Origin: Tubiluchus corallicola | Lineage: Eukaryota > Animalia > Priapulida | Assembly (NCBI GenBank): GCA_030141605.1 | Contig: JAQGDQ010000284.1 | Coordinates: forward strand, 1-64,000 | Direction of reading: 5' to 3' | DNA: 64,000 nt | In this document: one piece after another, positions 25,437 through 39,068 of the stretch | Numbering within the stretch: the first letter of the stretch is position 1 | How the letters are laid out: each line of letters starts with the position of its first letter | Made by a program: the position numbers and the translations under genes | Notes under the pieces: generated by a model | Database searches by the model: none | Seen by the model: only the letters and a program-made list of their open reading frames with translations | Told to the model about the DNA's origin: nothing

Positions 25437-26808
25437 CTGAATAAGAAAACATAGACTATCAAAAGCAATGTAACCTTTTTTTTGAATTAAGATAAACAGC
25501 AGCCTTAACGACAAAACTTCTTATATGTATAGTGTAAAATATGTCATGTAAAATATAATGTACTTTAATATTGTTTTGTAAAAATATTTTAATATGGTGT
25601 TTGTAAATATGTTCATTTATTGTATATAATTAGGCCTTAGTTTTGCACTTTAGTTTTTTTAGTATGCACTGGATGCATTTGTCTTGAACAGTGTTGTTAT
25701 CTTAACATTATGCTGAGGTTTACTCAATTTTATTATAATGAGTGAACCATTTTAATGACAAATAAAGAATTAATAATAATAATAATTTATGAAAAAGTTC
25801 TGATTCATTTCGATTCAATCCAATATAATAAACATTTATAAATGACATGATTTTCAGACAAGAATAAGTCACAATATGAATTTATTTTGTTTATACAAGG
25901 CAGAGGTGCGCATATAGGGTCTCGTGTCGAAATCAAGAGTCAAGAATCAACTAGGAGGACAAGAGTTAGCTCTGCAAACCCTCGCATTTCCTGTATTTGG
26001 GGTCCACGAATTTCCTACCTATACGAAGCCTTGTTTCAGAAACAAAAATTAAGAAATTATATCACAAAGTAGTAGAAATTTCTTGATTTTAGATGCTAAA
26101 AGCCCCAGAAGTCTAAAACTTACAAAACAGTTGCGCTTGTTTGATGTTACCTGAATTTAAGATAAATCTTCTCTTCAATGCCATTTCCGTTATTAAGACA
26201 TGTAAGACCAAACTGGCTGAAGCAAAGTGCGGAAATGGCCAAAGATTACTTGCACACACATTCATGCTGCAGTAAAGGCTGGCAGATGGTAGACGGGATG
26301 AAAAAAGAGCTTTTCAATAGAATTAACTTAATTTAATAATTTTACTATTATTTTAACATAAATTCCGCTCTTTTTAGCTTAATCTTACGTAAAGTTTCAA
26401 TAGCATGTAAGCTGCATTTTGCTATTTTTTATTTCAATTTCAATGTGATGGTCGAAATCATCAGGAGACTTTAGAATTTTTACAAAATCCGACTGCATTA
26501 CGGATCTGTAGCCGAATTTCAGGAGACTCCGAGTCAAATCAGGAGTGGTGGCGACCCTTATGTGCAAATCCCAGCAAGTGTTGGGGATTAACTGGTATTA
26601 GTGAATGAACAGTATTGGAGGGCAAAACCCTGAGATCGGGTCATAGCACTGCCTGAATGACCGAAACTAATACCAATGTTTTATATACATAATCTAAAGC
26701 AGAATATGCACCTGCAAAATTGGCACTACAAATTAGTACATATGATAAAAGATGATGGTTTTAAAAATCGCTAATACTTTTTTTAAATATAAAACACTGA
26801 ACATAATA

Positions 26809-27199
26809 CAGTCATATCTCGGCTTGCCGGATCTCCTTTTCACGGATATTGGACAAAATCTGGACCGTTCGAAAGCCCGCATACTATGGACACATTCAGT
26901 TGTTTTGCGAGTTAACTGCTAGTTGGTGGGACGTCACTTTGTTTACATCATTAATTCATGGTAACCAAATGTAGAGTGAATTATGCAGAGTTATTTTAGT
27001 CAATTGCTGACAGTTTTTATATACTTTTGCATAGGTGTGGCCCGTACTAGACGTTTTTGACAGGCGATGGACTCAACATTACCATGAATCTAATTACATG
27101 GCGCTTATTGTATTCCTAGTATTAGCTTAATATCAGTAAATATGGACAAATTCGGAACAACGTCTTTCCGCTTTTAGCTGGCAAACCGAGATACGAGTG
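26809..27199. mobile_element. Tc1/mariner-pogo-type MITE
   Basis: TA|CAGTCATATCTCGGCTTGCCGG ... CTGGCAAACCGAGATACGAGTG|TA imperfect TIRs. Confidence 0.6.
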
Positions 27200-27366
27200 T
27201 ACTACTACTGACTTTCAGACATACCATTGCCAAGTCAACCAAAACTGTAACGGCCAGATATACATAAAATTTATGATGCAGATTTACAGCCTGGCATTCA
27301 CACCAGACTGACCAGTATCTATGTCATTTTTTTTCACGTAAATCGAGGCATAAAAAGCATACTTAC

Positions 27367-27489
27367 AACAAACCCAAATCCGTTTTTCAGCATTACTTCC
27401 CGTATTCGTCCATATCCCTTGAAAAAACGTTCAATGTCTCGTTCTCTCACGTGGTAGCTAATTTTGCCCATATAAACACGAGTACCCAT
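27367..27489 (-). CDS. SRSF6: SRSF4/5/6-like (B52/SRp55), first coding exon
   Basis: MGTRVYMGKISYHVRERDIERFFKGYGRIREVMLKNGFGFV|gtaag; the exon probably extends as 5' UTR to an acceptor at 27604. Confidence 0.95.
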
Positions 27490-27731
27490 CGTAATTTATT
27501 GTTCTAGTCTCCACTAGCCCGAAATGCAACGAAGTGACAAAAATGATAAAATAGCAATTGATCAAACTCACAATGCGGACTCGCTTATAGTGCTAATTTT
27601 ACGTCTGAAAAATAAAAATATGGCACTAAATAAGCTTTTCAGTAAGTGCCGTAATTCTAAAGTCTTTCAGCAAACAACACCAAATAAAACAGCTAAATAA
27701 ATATTAATAAAATTATACAAACAAAACTTAC

Positions 27732-27785
27732 AGCAACAAAGAAAAATGTCCACCACGCGGATTCGACGCCGTCGGTTTCCGAACT
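27732..27785 (-). other. Probable non-coding first exon of the SR gene
   Basis: CpG-rich patch ending GCT|gtaagt; short intron to the cag acceptor at 27605. Confidence 0.55.
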
Positions 27786-30147
27786 TAGAGTAAGACAACT
27801 CGGAAATTACCGAGCTTTAACGAACTCTTAAGGTAATTTATTTTCAAGCTTTATTGGCTTTTTTAACAATTCTATTGAATCCTGTCTTGTTTTTGAGGCG
27901 CCGTCATTCTTTTTGGTTTTTATTCTTTAAAATTAGTTTTCTACAATTATATACGTAAGAGTAATATTTTGGAAATGACAGAACTAGGAAATAATTAGTA
28001 TAAAAAGTGTTGCGTACTGAAAAAAATCGTTTTTTGTTGTGCTGCTGCTGTTTCTGTAAGCCTGCTGTTGGCCCGGTGTACCTTTAGTGTTGTTGTTACT
28101 GGCCGTGGTTTTGTCATTGTTGATGTTATTGTTATTATCATTGTTGCTGATATTTTTGTTGCCACTGCTATTGAAATAAGTGGACCCGTAATTTGTGCTC
28201 ATTGCAAAAAATTTACAAAATTTGTTGTATCTTCATATTTTTTGATTTACTTCCCCACTTTGCCCCAACCTCATGCAGTTGCCTGAATTGCATTCAAGTG
28301 ACATTGTATTTTAATTGTAACAGCTATTATGGCAAGCTAGCCAATAGCTAAGCAATACTATGCAGGCTAAGGCTCTGTTTGCTGTGTTATAAATCCAGAG
28401 TGGCACTAGGTTTTGGGTGTAATTATAGTAGCACTATTGGTAAGACAAACTGCTTTAAGAAAATGGTATTGAACAACAAAACAAAATATAACTTGCATCT
28501 ATGGATTGAAATTAATAAAGGTCTTTGAAAATTGACAAGACAATAGTTCAAGAAATTATTGTTTCAAAATGTGGAGGCAGGCAGAAGTGACGCATAACTA
28601 CTCCATGAGTGCTTTTCAATTTAGTATAGTGTTAATGCAGCACAAACTAGGCGTTTGTGGTTATGCAGTTGTTTGTGAAAGCAACAGATGCTGAGAAGGG
28701 TGTTATGGTCAGTGGAGAGTTTGGAAGAGCAGTGATCAGAACTTAAGACATTTGCATGGGCACAGAGATACCTGCCATCACCTACGTATGGAACAAAAAA
28801 TGGCAGAATGTGAACAGTGATAAGTATAATAATTATGCGACTAAGTGGTGAAGTTAGCTCCTTTCACCGGATAAATAGTTAATTATTGGACTGTCTGCAG
28901 GTAGTTGAAAAGGAATGTTTGAGTGCAAAGAGACATTAGCAAACAATTATTGCAAATGGCCTTAAGAAATAAAGAGAGAGATTGTTAAAGCCATGTTTCT
29001 GAAAAAAAGTACCGAGCAGTTTCAACTTTGCTAGCATTGTTTTTGCGGTCCCACGAAAAAATGAAAAGGGGGTGTTGGATGCAGTTATGTTACATGCCAT
29101 ATCTTACATGACATCTGGAGACAATTTAAGTCATGCAGGGACAGACTAACTGAACAGGCTTGTCACTAGCAACAAAAACGAAGTGCACGATTCTAATGGA
29201 AGACATCAAACATTAATACTAGTGTGTGCAGTGTTCAAGAAAGCTAAGTATCTATTCAGGTTGGGTATGATAATTTTGCCAGAAGGTTGTTGCCCAAGAA
29301 TGGCATGTACATGAAGATGATGAACAAGATTATTCATATGGCTACAACAACTGCTGCTGAGTATCCTATGTGCATCTGGCAGAAATTCGTTGTAGTGTCT
29401 GGCGAAAATAAATGAATCTCATGAGATGCTCGAAACAACTTGGTGAGGTGCCTTTAGATTTGACTGACAATCGATCTCCTGTTCTGCTAATACAATAGGC
29501 ATATTTTCTCTCCTTTTAGCAGGATCCCGAAAAGGGTTGATGTCCTCTGCAGTCTTTGTCTAAAGGGTAAAAGTTTTACGGTTTTATAAAAGCATTTTGG
29601 AAACAGTTCTAACTCTTAACTAGGAGTTAATGTCAGTGTCATGTCACTGTGTAATGGTAATGCCACGTCACTCTAACTCCTAAGTAATGTTAATGTCACT
29701 GAATTGCTGAAATGTAGAGAGAGATTCAAAGCGGTGTGATGATTAGGTAGAATGTTGTTTATTAGTGTTTATTTATTACAAGAGCCAACTGCCATTTAGC
29801 GATATCTTACACAAAAATGCACAATATGAAAATAACATGGTAATAATAGATAAGATTATAACTCAATGATTAATGCAGTGCAGACAATTATCAGCTTGTT
29901 CAGAAGGTGAACTTGTCAGATCTGAGTTGAACAGGCAATAAGGGGTAACGGGAGTGCAGAAGATGTAATACAGAACACTTGCAGTGTGTTGTTTTATATT
30001 ATATGCATAGAAGTGCGTGAACTGCGTTAAATAACTCCAGCTGCACATGGAGTGTCTATGATGTTGAACACTAAACGTTAAACGCTTAACAGCTTCTCGT
30101 TTTAAAAGAGATGTTTGTATGTTGTTCTTGTATGCAATAATATAAGA

Positions 30148-30690
30148 CTAGCAAAGGCCCCGCAAAAAATTTTGCGTATAAATACACGTATAATCAAAAA
30201 TACGCGAACATCCTACATAGTCCTCTTTTCTAACGCAAAGCCTGCAGCAGCTTTAGTGAATTAAAGTTATAAGGTTATAGACAGAGCATAATGGATGACG
30301 TCAGAACAATGGCTTTGCATGAGCAGTTTTCCAAGCAAAAATTGCCAAAAACAGAACATCTAATTAACTCGTCGGCGTTCCTCTTAGTGGACGTGTCCTA
30401 AAATAAAGCCCACATCAGTCATGTAGCCCTGTTCTTCCTCTTTCTATAGAGCTTTATATCTCCTTCCGAGAGTCCCACCTGGCGCCGCTAGAAACGTTTT
30501 TTCCGCATGTTGTTTGGTCAAAATTTCGAAAAAATCGCGAGTTGGGTCCGGGAAAACGCCCGTTGCGGGACGCCTTTGCCCTCTCGCAAATTCTAAATAT
30601 CCTTATGACACCCACCACTAAATGGGCTATCTATCCGCCCTCGGCCCATTCCCGTTCTTCAGATCTCGGACTTATAACTTTTGCAAATTA
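30148..30690 (-). mobile_element. Non-autonomous Helitron, 3' portion
   Basis: Minus-strand end ...CTAG|T preceded by the CGCAAAA-TTTTTTGCG hairpin; homologous to 37488-39088 and 41280-41660. Confidence 0.75.
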
Positions 30691-31535
30691 CCGTAGCTAG
30701 CACTGGATCTTTTCTTGACTCTTGTCGGAGGATGTTGGCGTCCACAGGCTTGACTTGAAGGCTGAGAACTTGAATGGCACACCCTGTGTCCATGTCTTCA
30801 TCATTTTCCTCCCTGTCAAAGTCGTTGTCGTCTCCAGATGGCAAGCGACTAAGGGCATCTGCAATGCCGTGATCTGCTGTCTTTCGGTACTCGATTGTGT
30901 AATCAAATTGGTTTAGCCACAGGGCCCACCGAGCTAGACGATTAGCTGCAAGAAGTGGCGTCCCTTTCTTCAGTCCGAAGAGTGAAGTCAGTGGCTTATG
31001 ATCAGTTACCAGTGTGAAATGACGCCCGTAGAGGTACTGGTAGATTTTCCGTAAGCCGAAGATTATGGCTAGGGCTTCCTTATGTATTTGGCAGTAGTTC
31101 CGTTCTGCAGCTGTGGGAGTCTTGGACACATTCTCAATTGGGCGCTCGCTTCCGTCCGGATAGTGATGAAACAGGACAGCTCCAATTCCAACGTTGCACG
31201 CGTCACAAGCCAATCCCAGAAACTTGTCTGGGTTGAAATGCACAAGGACTTGATCTGAGGATAACACATTTTTCAACAGTTGAAATGCTGTTTGCTCCTC
31301 ATCTCCCCACTTCCAGGGGGTTCTCTTCTTGGTCAAGCGGTAAAGAGGCTCTGCCATAGTAGCCAGGTTTGGGATGAACTTCCTGTAGAACTGAACCGAA
31401 CCCAAGAAAGACTTCAAGCTTGAGACGTCTGTAGGAGGTGGCATCTTCATGACTGCCCCGACCTTGGATCCTTTTGCGACTCCTTCGGCCGATAAGGTGT
31501 GTCCAAGATATTCAACACGTGGTTGTGCGAACAAG
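30690..31535 (-). mobile_element. Ty3/Gypsy pol fragment (RT C-terminus + RNase H)
   Basis: VEYLGH, SFLGSVQFYRKFIPNLA, DAC.VGIGAVL, FTLVTDHKPL, RWALWLNQFDYTIEY motifs; stop-free. Confidence 0.92.
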
Positions 31536-31584
31536 CATTATCATTAAGTGAAAGCAATTCACTTGAAAGTTTTTCGCATTAAGT

Positions 31585-32484
31585 TTACCATTCACGTGAA
31601 AACAATATTTTTTTGAAAGCTTGTCTAAAATCAGTGCTAGACAGTGCATACACGATTGGATTAATGGCACTGTTGATAAATCCAAATATATATAAAAACT
31701 CATCTATTTCATTTTTCTCTTCGTAAGACAATATATAACGCACTGTCTGATACAGAGAATAGGGACCCCAACATACCAGAAAAGCAAAGGTAACAATGGC
31801 TAAAGTTTTTGTTGCTTTCATTTGCATCACGTTTGCCTGGCTTCCTTGACCTTGACTGTGTATCTGCAAGACGTGCCTTCTTGCAGTTCTCCAAATAAGG
31901 ACATACAGTACAAAAATCGTAAACACTGGTAAATAAAATGCTAAAGTAGCATTGACGACTAACAGAACACGTTTATTGAAAATGAACGTGAAAATAACAC
32001 AAAGCGCTGCCACAGCTAAAGCAACAATCCAAGTAATGGAAAGTGCAGCAACAATGGTTTCTTTTCTCACGATGACGTGATACTTAAATGGATGAACAAC
32101 AGCCACATATCTTTCAGCTGCTATCAGACACAAGTGTAATGCACTTGCATTCACCATTCCAACTTGAAATATGTACAGCACCAATACAAACACTTGGTTT
32201 GACAACACAGCTGGATACAACACTGTGGTCACTTCTGCTGGTGTTAATAAACCAACAAGTATATCAGTTACAGCAAGAGACGCAACAAGAACATTTGTTT
32301 TAGTTTGCAAACGAGGAATCTTACAAACTGCAATCAGAACTACTAAGTTTCCAGGTATTATAGTAATACCTAGTAGTATTAGCAGCAGAACTTTCATTGA
32401 AATCACAGACTTTGCTAAAAATGTAACCCCACTTTCTGTTGCGTTCATGGTAGCAAAATCAACCAGTAACGAAGATGTATTCAT
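31585..32484 (-). CDS. Intronless orphan class A (rhodopsin-like) GPCR
   Basis: 7 hydrophobic segments; GN, SLAVTD, ERY, CWGP, NPIVY and helix-8 FRQAFKKIL. Start probably MNTSS at 32484 (ORF open to 32544). Confidence 0.92.
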   Translation of the reverse strand: MNTSSLLVDFATMNATESGVTFLAKSVISMKVLLLILLGITIIPGNLVVLIAVCKIPRLQTKTNVLVASLAVTDILVGLLTPAEVTTVLYPAVLSNQVFVLVLYIFQVGMVNASALHLCLIAAERYVAVVHPFKYHVIVRKETIVAALSITWIVALAVAALCVIFTFIFNKRVLLVVNATLAFYLPVFTIFVLYVLIWRTARRHVLQIHSQGQGSQANVMQMKATKTLAIVTFAFLVCWGPYSLYQTVRYILSYEEKNEIDEFLYIFGFINSAINPIVYALSSTDFRQAFKKILFSREW

Positions 32485-33240
32485 GTTCAAAACATCGCAT
32501 TTCGAAAAACGTTCGAAAGGTTTGCAAAAGTAGAGCATTTGCATTCGTAAATGTCCGTGTCATACATATTTTCACTGCAATCGAAAATCTGAAAACGCAT
32601 TTACAAGGAAATCACTGTCAGAAATACAAGCAAACTACATATGATCATTTTCACAATGATGCAATATAATGTGTTTCATGTTCACAATGACGCAGTATAA
32701 TGTCATTCATGTTCACAATGATGCAGTATAGTGTTATTTATATTAAAAAGCACAACAACTAGGATGATAACATTTCTATTCATAGGGATTTTATTACCAC
32801 AAAGTACACATGCAAAACAAATACCCATTACTATGTAAGTTTACTTTGATTCACAAAAGCATTTCAGTAATTAGGCAAGAGCAGCGTGTATTGTTAGACG
32901 GCAGCCATAAAATTGCTCTAGCTTAAACTGCAAGTGTATGACATGTGATTTCCGGCTGGCTAGATATACTTCATAAAATTACCACAACTATGTAAACTAA
33001 GTTTCAATTTAATTCAAAACAATTTTTTCAGACACAAAAAAGTATTCATAAAATTAGTTGCACACAGTAAATTGTAAATGAGGATTACCTAAAAGAGAAA
33101 ACTAATAAACAAATTAAAATATATATATATATGAATCATTACACATAGGCCTGCTGAGTTAAGTAAGTCTGAAAGATTTATGAAATACGTGAGTTATAAC
33201 GTATGTCCCGCCATCTACTGTGAAGTTTAAGGGTGCAATA

Positions 33241-33400
33241 CAGCGTTCCCTCACTACTTCGCGGTTCGTCTATCGCGGACTCGCTGTTTCGCAGGTTTTA
33301 AAAAATATTAATGTAACACATTTATAGTATGAAATGGCTTATATGTTGTACCCACTTAATATAATGTCTACCATGTAAATGTCGTTGAAATAGCAAATCA
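33241..33400. mobile_element. pogo/Tigger-like MITE left end (fragment)
   Basis: TA|CAGCGTTCCCTCACTACTTCGCGGTTCG terminus. Confidence 0.45.
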
Positions 33401-33849
33401 CCAAAGTAACAAAACTCTCAGAGCTGTGAGCTGCTATTATTCTCCTCCAAATACAGGCCTATATGTGTAACATCGAATCAACGACATTGCAAATACCAGC
33501 CAGTTCACTTTCCCTATAACCTAGCGCTAGACTACAGCTTAACATAACAAACTACAAATTTCAGGCTTATCATAACTAAATGTTGATCTAGCTGTATTAG
33601 CGTATAATGAACAATAAATTGCGAACTATGGAAATCCCAACATTGTGCTTTACCGAGTTTAACGTTTTAATTGGAGGAGGCGAACATATAAAACGCACAA
33701 ATATCCAGAAGATGTCGGCTGTTGAAAAAAGAGTTTAATGTATAGCCGATAATGTGTAACGGAGCAAAGTGAAAGAAATTACCCTACACAGGGTTCCCAG
33801 GGCCTATATTACAGCTTCTAGCGAATGTATTGCAAAAAACTACTGTGTA

Positions 33850-34420
33850 AATAATTATATTTCTATTCAACCTAGATGTAATCTAGGTGTTCCACAAGGG
33901 TCAGTTACAACACCACTTTGTTTATATTTTTCGTTGTTGATATGTTCATATCGGCAGACAGCAGTATACAGCAGTCAGTCAATAAACATAAGTATGACGG
34001 GTCCTTGCATGTGCCAGTCATAAACCCTTCAATCCCGTGTTTAATTGAACAAAGTTATGTAATATCATACACAACTGGTGACAGAAATGGTGTTTAAAAA
34101 TAAATTCGTTACCTGGTAAGACAGAAGAATTGTTAGTTAGAGCACGGAATGAAAGTAATAAGCCAGAATAAGTTAAAAATTGGTCATAATGAAATATTAT
34201 TTGTTGAGGGCAAAACATTAGGCCTTATTATTGATCGGAAATTTACTTTTTCAAAACTCGTTGTTAATGTACATAAAAAGTTTGAGCAGATGGCTGAAAT
34301 TAAAATAATTTTTTTAGTAAATGCAGAGATATGATGATTACTGCGACTGCAATTTTTTTTATAAAACTGCCATTTTGCCGATTACACTGTATAGCGTTAT
34401 TGCATGGTTAGGTAAAACAA
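33850..34420 (+). pseudogene. Degraded CR1/L2-type LINE reverse transcriptase remnant
   Basis: LGVPQGSV..PL and KTLGLIIDRKFTF motifs in broken frames. Confidence 0.6.
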
Positions 34421-35138
34421 CTTTCCTTGTTTGACGGTATAGTTTATGATGCAATGGTAAACGAAAAGAAGCACTCTTTTGTACACATGTTATTTATTTT
34501 CTGATTAAAGATTTATTATCACAAAAAAAATAAAATCGGTGCTTATTCAGATATATTTGACTCAACATGCAGGCCACACCATGACTACAGTTATTGTAAC
34601 AAAGTAAAAGTATGTAATTTTTGTCTCCACACGAACATTATCTGCAGAGTTTTTTCATTATTATTTTACTGTACAATTAAAGCATAAATTACCAAATAAG
34701 TACAGTTTATAATCTGAATCCATGTAGTAGTACATAAAATATTTTTTTATTTCAGCATCCATGCAACTTATTATAAAATCCAGGTACAGTGTATACATTA
34801 TTCTACAAAATCGTCTGGTATAGTGAAAAAGGCATTGGTAATGATGACGAAAATAAAAACTGTAATACTAAAACAGTAGTAACAATATGTTAAATGACAT
34901 ACTAGAAAACGGTGTATTCTGGAATAAAGTCGTGCGAATGGTTATTCTCGCCCTTCTAATATTATGCAAGAGTTGTGCTATATAATTTTATTAAATTAAA
35001 TCGTATTTGTTCTCATAATTATGTACTAGGCAACGGATACACAACACATTTTATTTTCAAATTCACACTCTCCACAACTTACAATCTACGCAAAATTCTA
35101 CCTGCGGCAAATTAAATCATTCACGAGTCCTACATAAA

Positions 35139-36312
35139 TTAATAGTAAGGGTTCATCAAGCAGTTGAAAAGTTTAGAGGGCATTTGAAATTTGAAAGCTT
35201 CCAAATAAAGCCTATTTAAAAGAATAGTAGGCAAATGTAAGTCTACAACTAGTTGCTGTAGTTTAGAGGCAGATGTATCATCAAAGCTAATTTTCTTTGC
35301 CAGTTCTCTAACACACAGTTGCTGCAAGTCACTAGTAGCACAACCATACAGTTTTCCGACTAGATTTTGGATATCCGTACAGATTCTAAACTCTGGAAAG
35401 TACTTTAATTGTTTCTTAAGTTCATTTTCAATGCTTGAATCGTCAAAGAAACCATTGTCTACTAGTGAAGATAAGTGATTATATTTCTCTTTGTATTTCT
35501 GATTTCGGTCATAATACGAGCGATGTCCTTGCCCGATGAGGAAGAACATGAGAGGAGAAAATTTACTCCCCCTCCTCGGTAACAAAATTCCTGTTTTTAC
35601 TCTAATTCCTGTCTTTGCACCATAGTGGATCAATTCTCTTGCTGTTGTAAAATCTCCGTGATACATGCTTAAATGCAGAGGACAACAATAGTTTACAAAA
35701 ATATCTGCATACAACCTAAATGTAGGTAAATCAACATCTGCTGTTACATTGACGTCTGCACCCGCTTCACATAGTAACCGCAACAGCGTTGTCTCACATG
35801 GAGTTTTATCTACAAGAGCGTGAATAAAAGAGATATCTCTATAAGGCGCGTTAACATCAGCCCCATAGCTGATGAAGAGCCGAATGAGCGTTTCTATTTG
35901 TTCTTTATATATTTCTTCTTGACGAATTTGTTGCCAGTCTAGTCCAATAATGGGAATCATATAATGGAAAGAATACAATTTCCATTTTAGATACAAGAAA
36001 AGCAGCGTCTGGAATGGAGTCTCAGATATGCTATTGTAGTGCGAAACGAATTGCAGGTTTGAGTTTTCTCCATGTTCAACTAAACTCTTTGCCAAAGGAA
36101 GATGAATCTTCCAAAAGATTATCCTTTTACGACCACCTCCAAGAACCATGTGAAGTGGGGGAGTAGTCGCCTGGTCCTTCGTTCAAGTATTCCTCATTTC
36201 TGTGAGCGCTAATTTCGTTCATTGCTTTACTATAATCACCATCTGCAATGGCTTTTGTAAGCTCTGTTTCACAGCAAGTTCTGTATTCTAGTCTTTGGAC
36301 ACGATTATACAT
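35139..36312 (-). CDS. Intronless ankyrin-repeat + SOCS-box (ASB-like) gene, frameshifted at 36157-36161
   Basis: Ankyrin motifs YGADVN, AGADVN, PLHLSMYHGDF..ARELIHYGA; SOCS-box-like SDLQQLCVREL...LHLPTILLNRL. Removing one C joins the two ORFs as GDYSPLHMVL. Confidence 0.75.
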
Positions 36313-36974
36313 GATGACACTGTTTTGCTAAGAGTAATAATATTTACTTATTCAACTATACGTTAGGAAATGTGTTCTGCTTGGTAACAGATCAAACTCT
36401 CGAAGACGTGTATTCACCCTAAGCTATCTGTGATAACATGTCGGCGAAATAACTCTTTTATAACATAGAAAGGTGCAAGAGTCAATGTGTTTACGGCATG
36501 TTTTTCATCGTAATGTTGTCAAAGATAAGAGTTAGCCAAAATGAGAAAGGAACTTTTATTTTATGACAAAGACAGGCAAGTCTTACGACACTGTACAGTA
36601 GTTTACTATAGGGTCAAAGCATTATTTGTTTTGTTTTACTTGGCAACATTAATTCGTCATTTACGTTTACAAAAACAAAATTTATATGGGCTTAACGTTC
36701 AGCATGAGCTGATCCAACACAAAACGTTCGCACATCTCTTTTCAATTAACGTTTAAAACAAACAATGTGATACAATAGGGCTTTGTTGTTTGTTCTGTAT
36801 TGTTTGATTGTTTCTAACATTGAAGAGAAAGCTACAACAAAGCATAGAGCGGTTTCATAGTAGACGCCTACAATAGAAATTGAACCAAAAATAGCCAAAA
36901 CATGCCAGATTATTCAGTTTTGCCGAGTATGACAATTGGATTTCGTCTCTAAAACCGAACTGCACATGCGCAGT

Positions 36975-37270
36975 CAGGGCCGTCTTAACAGCATTATAGA
37001 TTCCCTTAGCAAAACAGTGCGCTGTGACCTCTAACTACATAACCACTCACAGGAAAAAATGTAAATGGTCGATAAAATTAAACATAATTTATTGTATGGG
37101 TACTTACCACAAAATCGGTGTTTAACCACTAAAAAACATGCTGCACAACAAATATTAATCAACACAAATGTTTGAACAACATAACATCAGCCTTGAAAAA
37201 TACAAATATAATATAATAAGGCCCCTATAATAAGCAACTGCCCATGTGCCTATGCCTTAAGACGACCCTG
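36975..37270. mobile_element. hAT-like MITE
   Basis: CAGGGCCGTCTTAA ... TTAAGACGACCCTG TIRs. Confidence 0.75.
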
Positions 37271-37487
37271 TGTACAATTTCTAACGACTGTTATGTAAAT
37301 TTGGAAAAATGTCTATCAATAGCTTGCTGATTGAAAGAGTTAGTGAATGAGAGAAAGAGAAATAACAAATAACATGCGTAACTCTACATAAAGCCCAAAA
37401 ATGAAAGGCCTATTTGATTTGAGGCACAGGTATCAAGTTTACTGTCAACAAGTAATATATGTAAACATATTATAGATTAATTAATTG

Positions 37488-38225
37488 ATAGCAAAGGCCC
37501 CCTCAAAAAAATGCATATAAATACACTTATAATCAAAAATGCGTGAACATTCTACCTAGTGTTCGTTTGTTTATCTAACGCAAAGCCGGCAGCAGCAGCA
37601 GCAGCAGCTTTTACTGAATTAAAGTTATAAGGTTAAAGACAGAGTATAATGGATGACGACAGAACAATGGCTTTGCGTCAGCAATTTTCCAAGCGAAAAT
37701 TGTCAAAAATAGAACATCTAATTAACTCGTAAGTACTCCTTTTACTGAACGTGTACTAAAATATAGCCCACATAGTCGTGTAGCACTGTTCTTCCTCATT
37801 CTAAAGAGCTGCATATCTCCTTCCGAAAGTCCCACCAGGCGCCGCTAGAACGTTCTTTCTGCATGCTGTTTAACCAAAATTTCGAAAAAATCGCGAGTTG
37901 GGCCCGGGAAAACGCCCATTGCGGGAACGCCGTGGCCCTCTTGCAAATTCTAAATACGCCTATGACACCCATCGCTGAATGGGCTATCTATCCATGGCCG
38001 GCACCGTCACAGGCCTATTCCAGTTCTTCAGAAATAAGAGGTATAAATTTTGCAAAAAAACGGTGAAAAAATGGCCATTTTTGGAGGTTTTTTGCCCCCC
38101 CCCGGTTTCTCGCGGTGGGCCCAATTCGAAAAATAAACCCCCAATGGACGACACTAGATCGAGACCTTTCGTTTGGTGTATCGATCACCGCAAATGGTGC
38201 CGTCGTCGAAGCTGTAGCCTCGAAT

Positions 38226-38267
<42 letters not shown>

Positions 38268-39020
38268 TATATACCAGCAGAATTAATATATGTGATAGCA
38301 AAGGCCCCGCAAAAATTTTTCTAGATAAATACACTTATAATCAATGATGCGCCAACATCCTACTTTGTGTTGGTTTATTTACTTAAGGCCACGTCAGCAG
38401 CAGCAGCTTTTACTGAATTAAAGCAATAAGTTTATAAGCAGAGTATAATGGATTACGTCAGAACAAAGGCTTTGGGTCAGCAGTTTTCTAAGCGAAAATT
38501 GCCAAAAATAGAACATCTAATTAACTCGTGGGCATTCCTCTTTGTGGACGTGTCCTAAAATATAGCCCACATCATCGTGTAGCCCTGTTCTTCCTCTTTC
38601 TAATATATCTCCTTTCGAGAGTCCCACCAGGTGCCGCTATAACGTTTTTTCCGCATGCTGTTTGGTCAAAATTTCGAAAAAATCGCGAGTTGGGTCCGGG
38701 AATATGCTGTGACCCTCTCTCGAATTCTAAATACACCTATGACACCCACCGCTGAACAGGCTATCTATCCATGGCCAGCACCACCCATGGCCTCTTCCCA
38801 TTCTCTAGATCTCAGATGTATAACTTTTGCAAAAAACGGCCGAAAAATGGCCATTTTTGGAAGTTTTTCGCCCCCCGTTCGTCCCGGTGGGCCTGATTCC
38901 AAGAATAAACCCCCAATGGCATGACACTAGATCGAGACCTTTCGTTTGATGTATAGATCGCCACAAATGGTGCCGCGGTCGGAACTGTAGCCTCGAATCT
39001 TATATGTATATAAATATATA

Positions 39021-39068
<48 letters not shown>

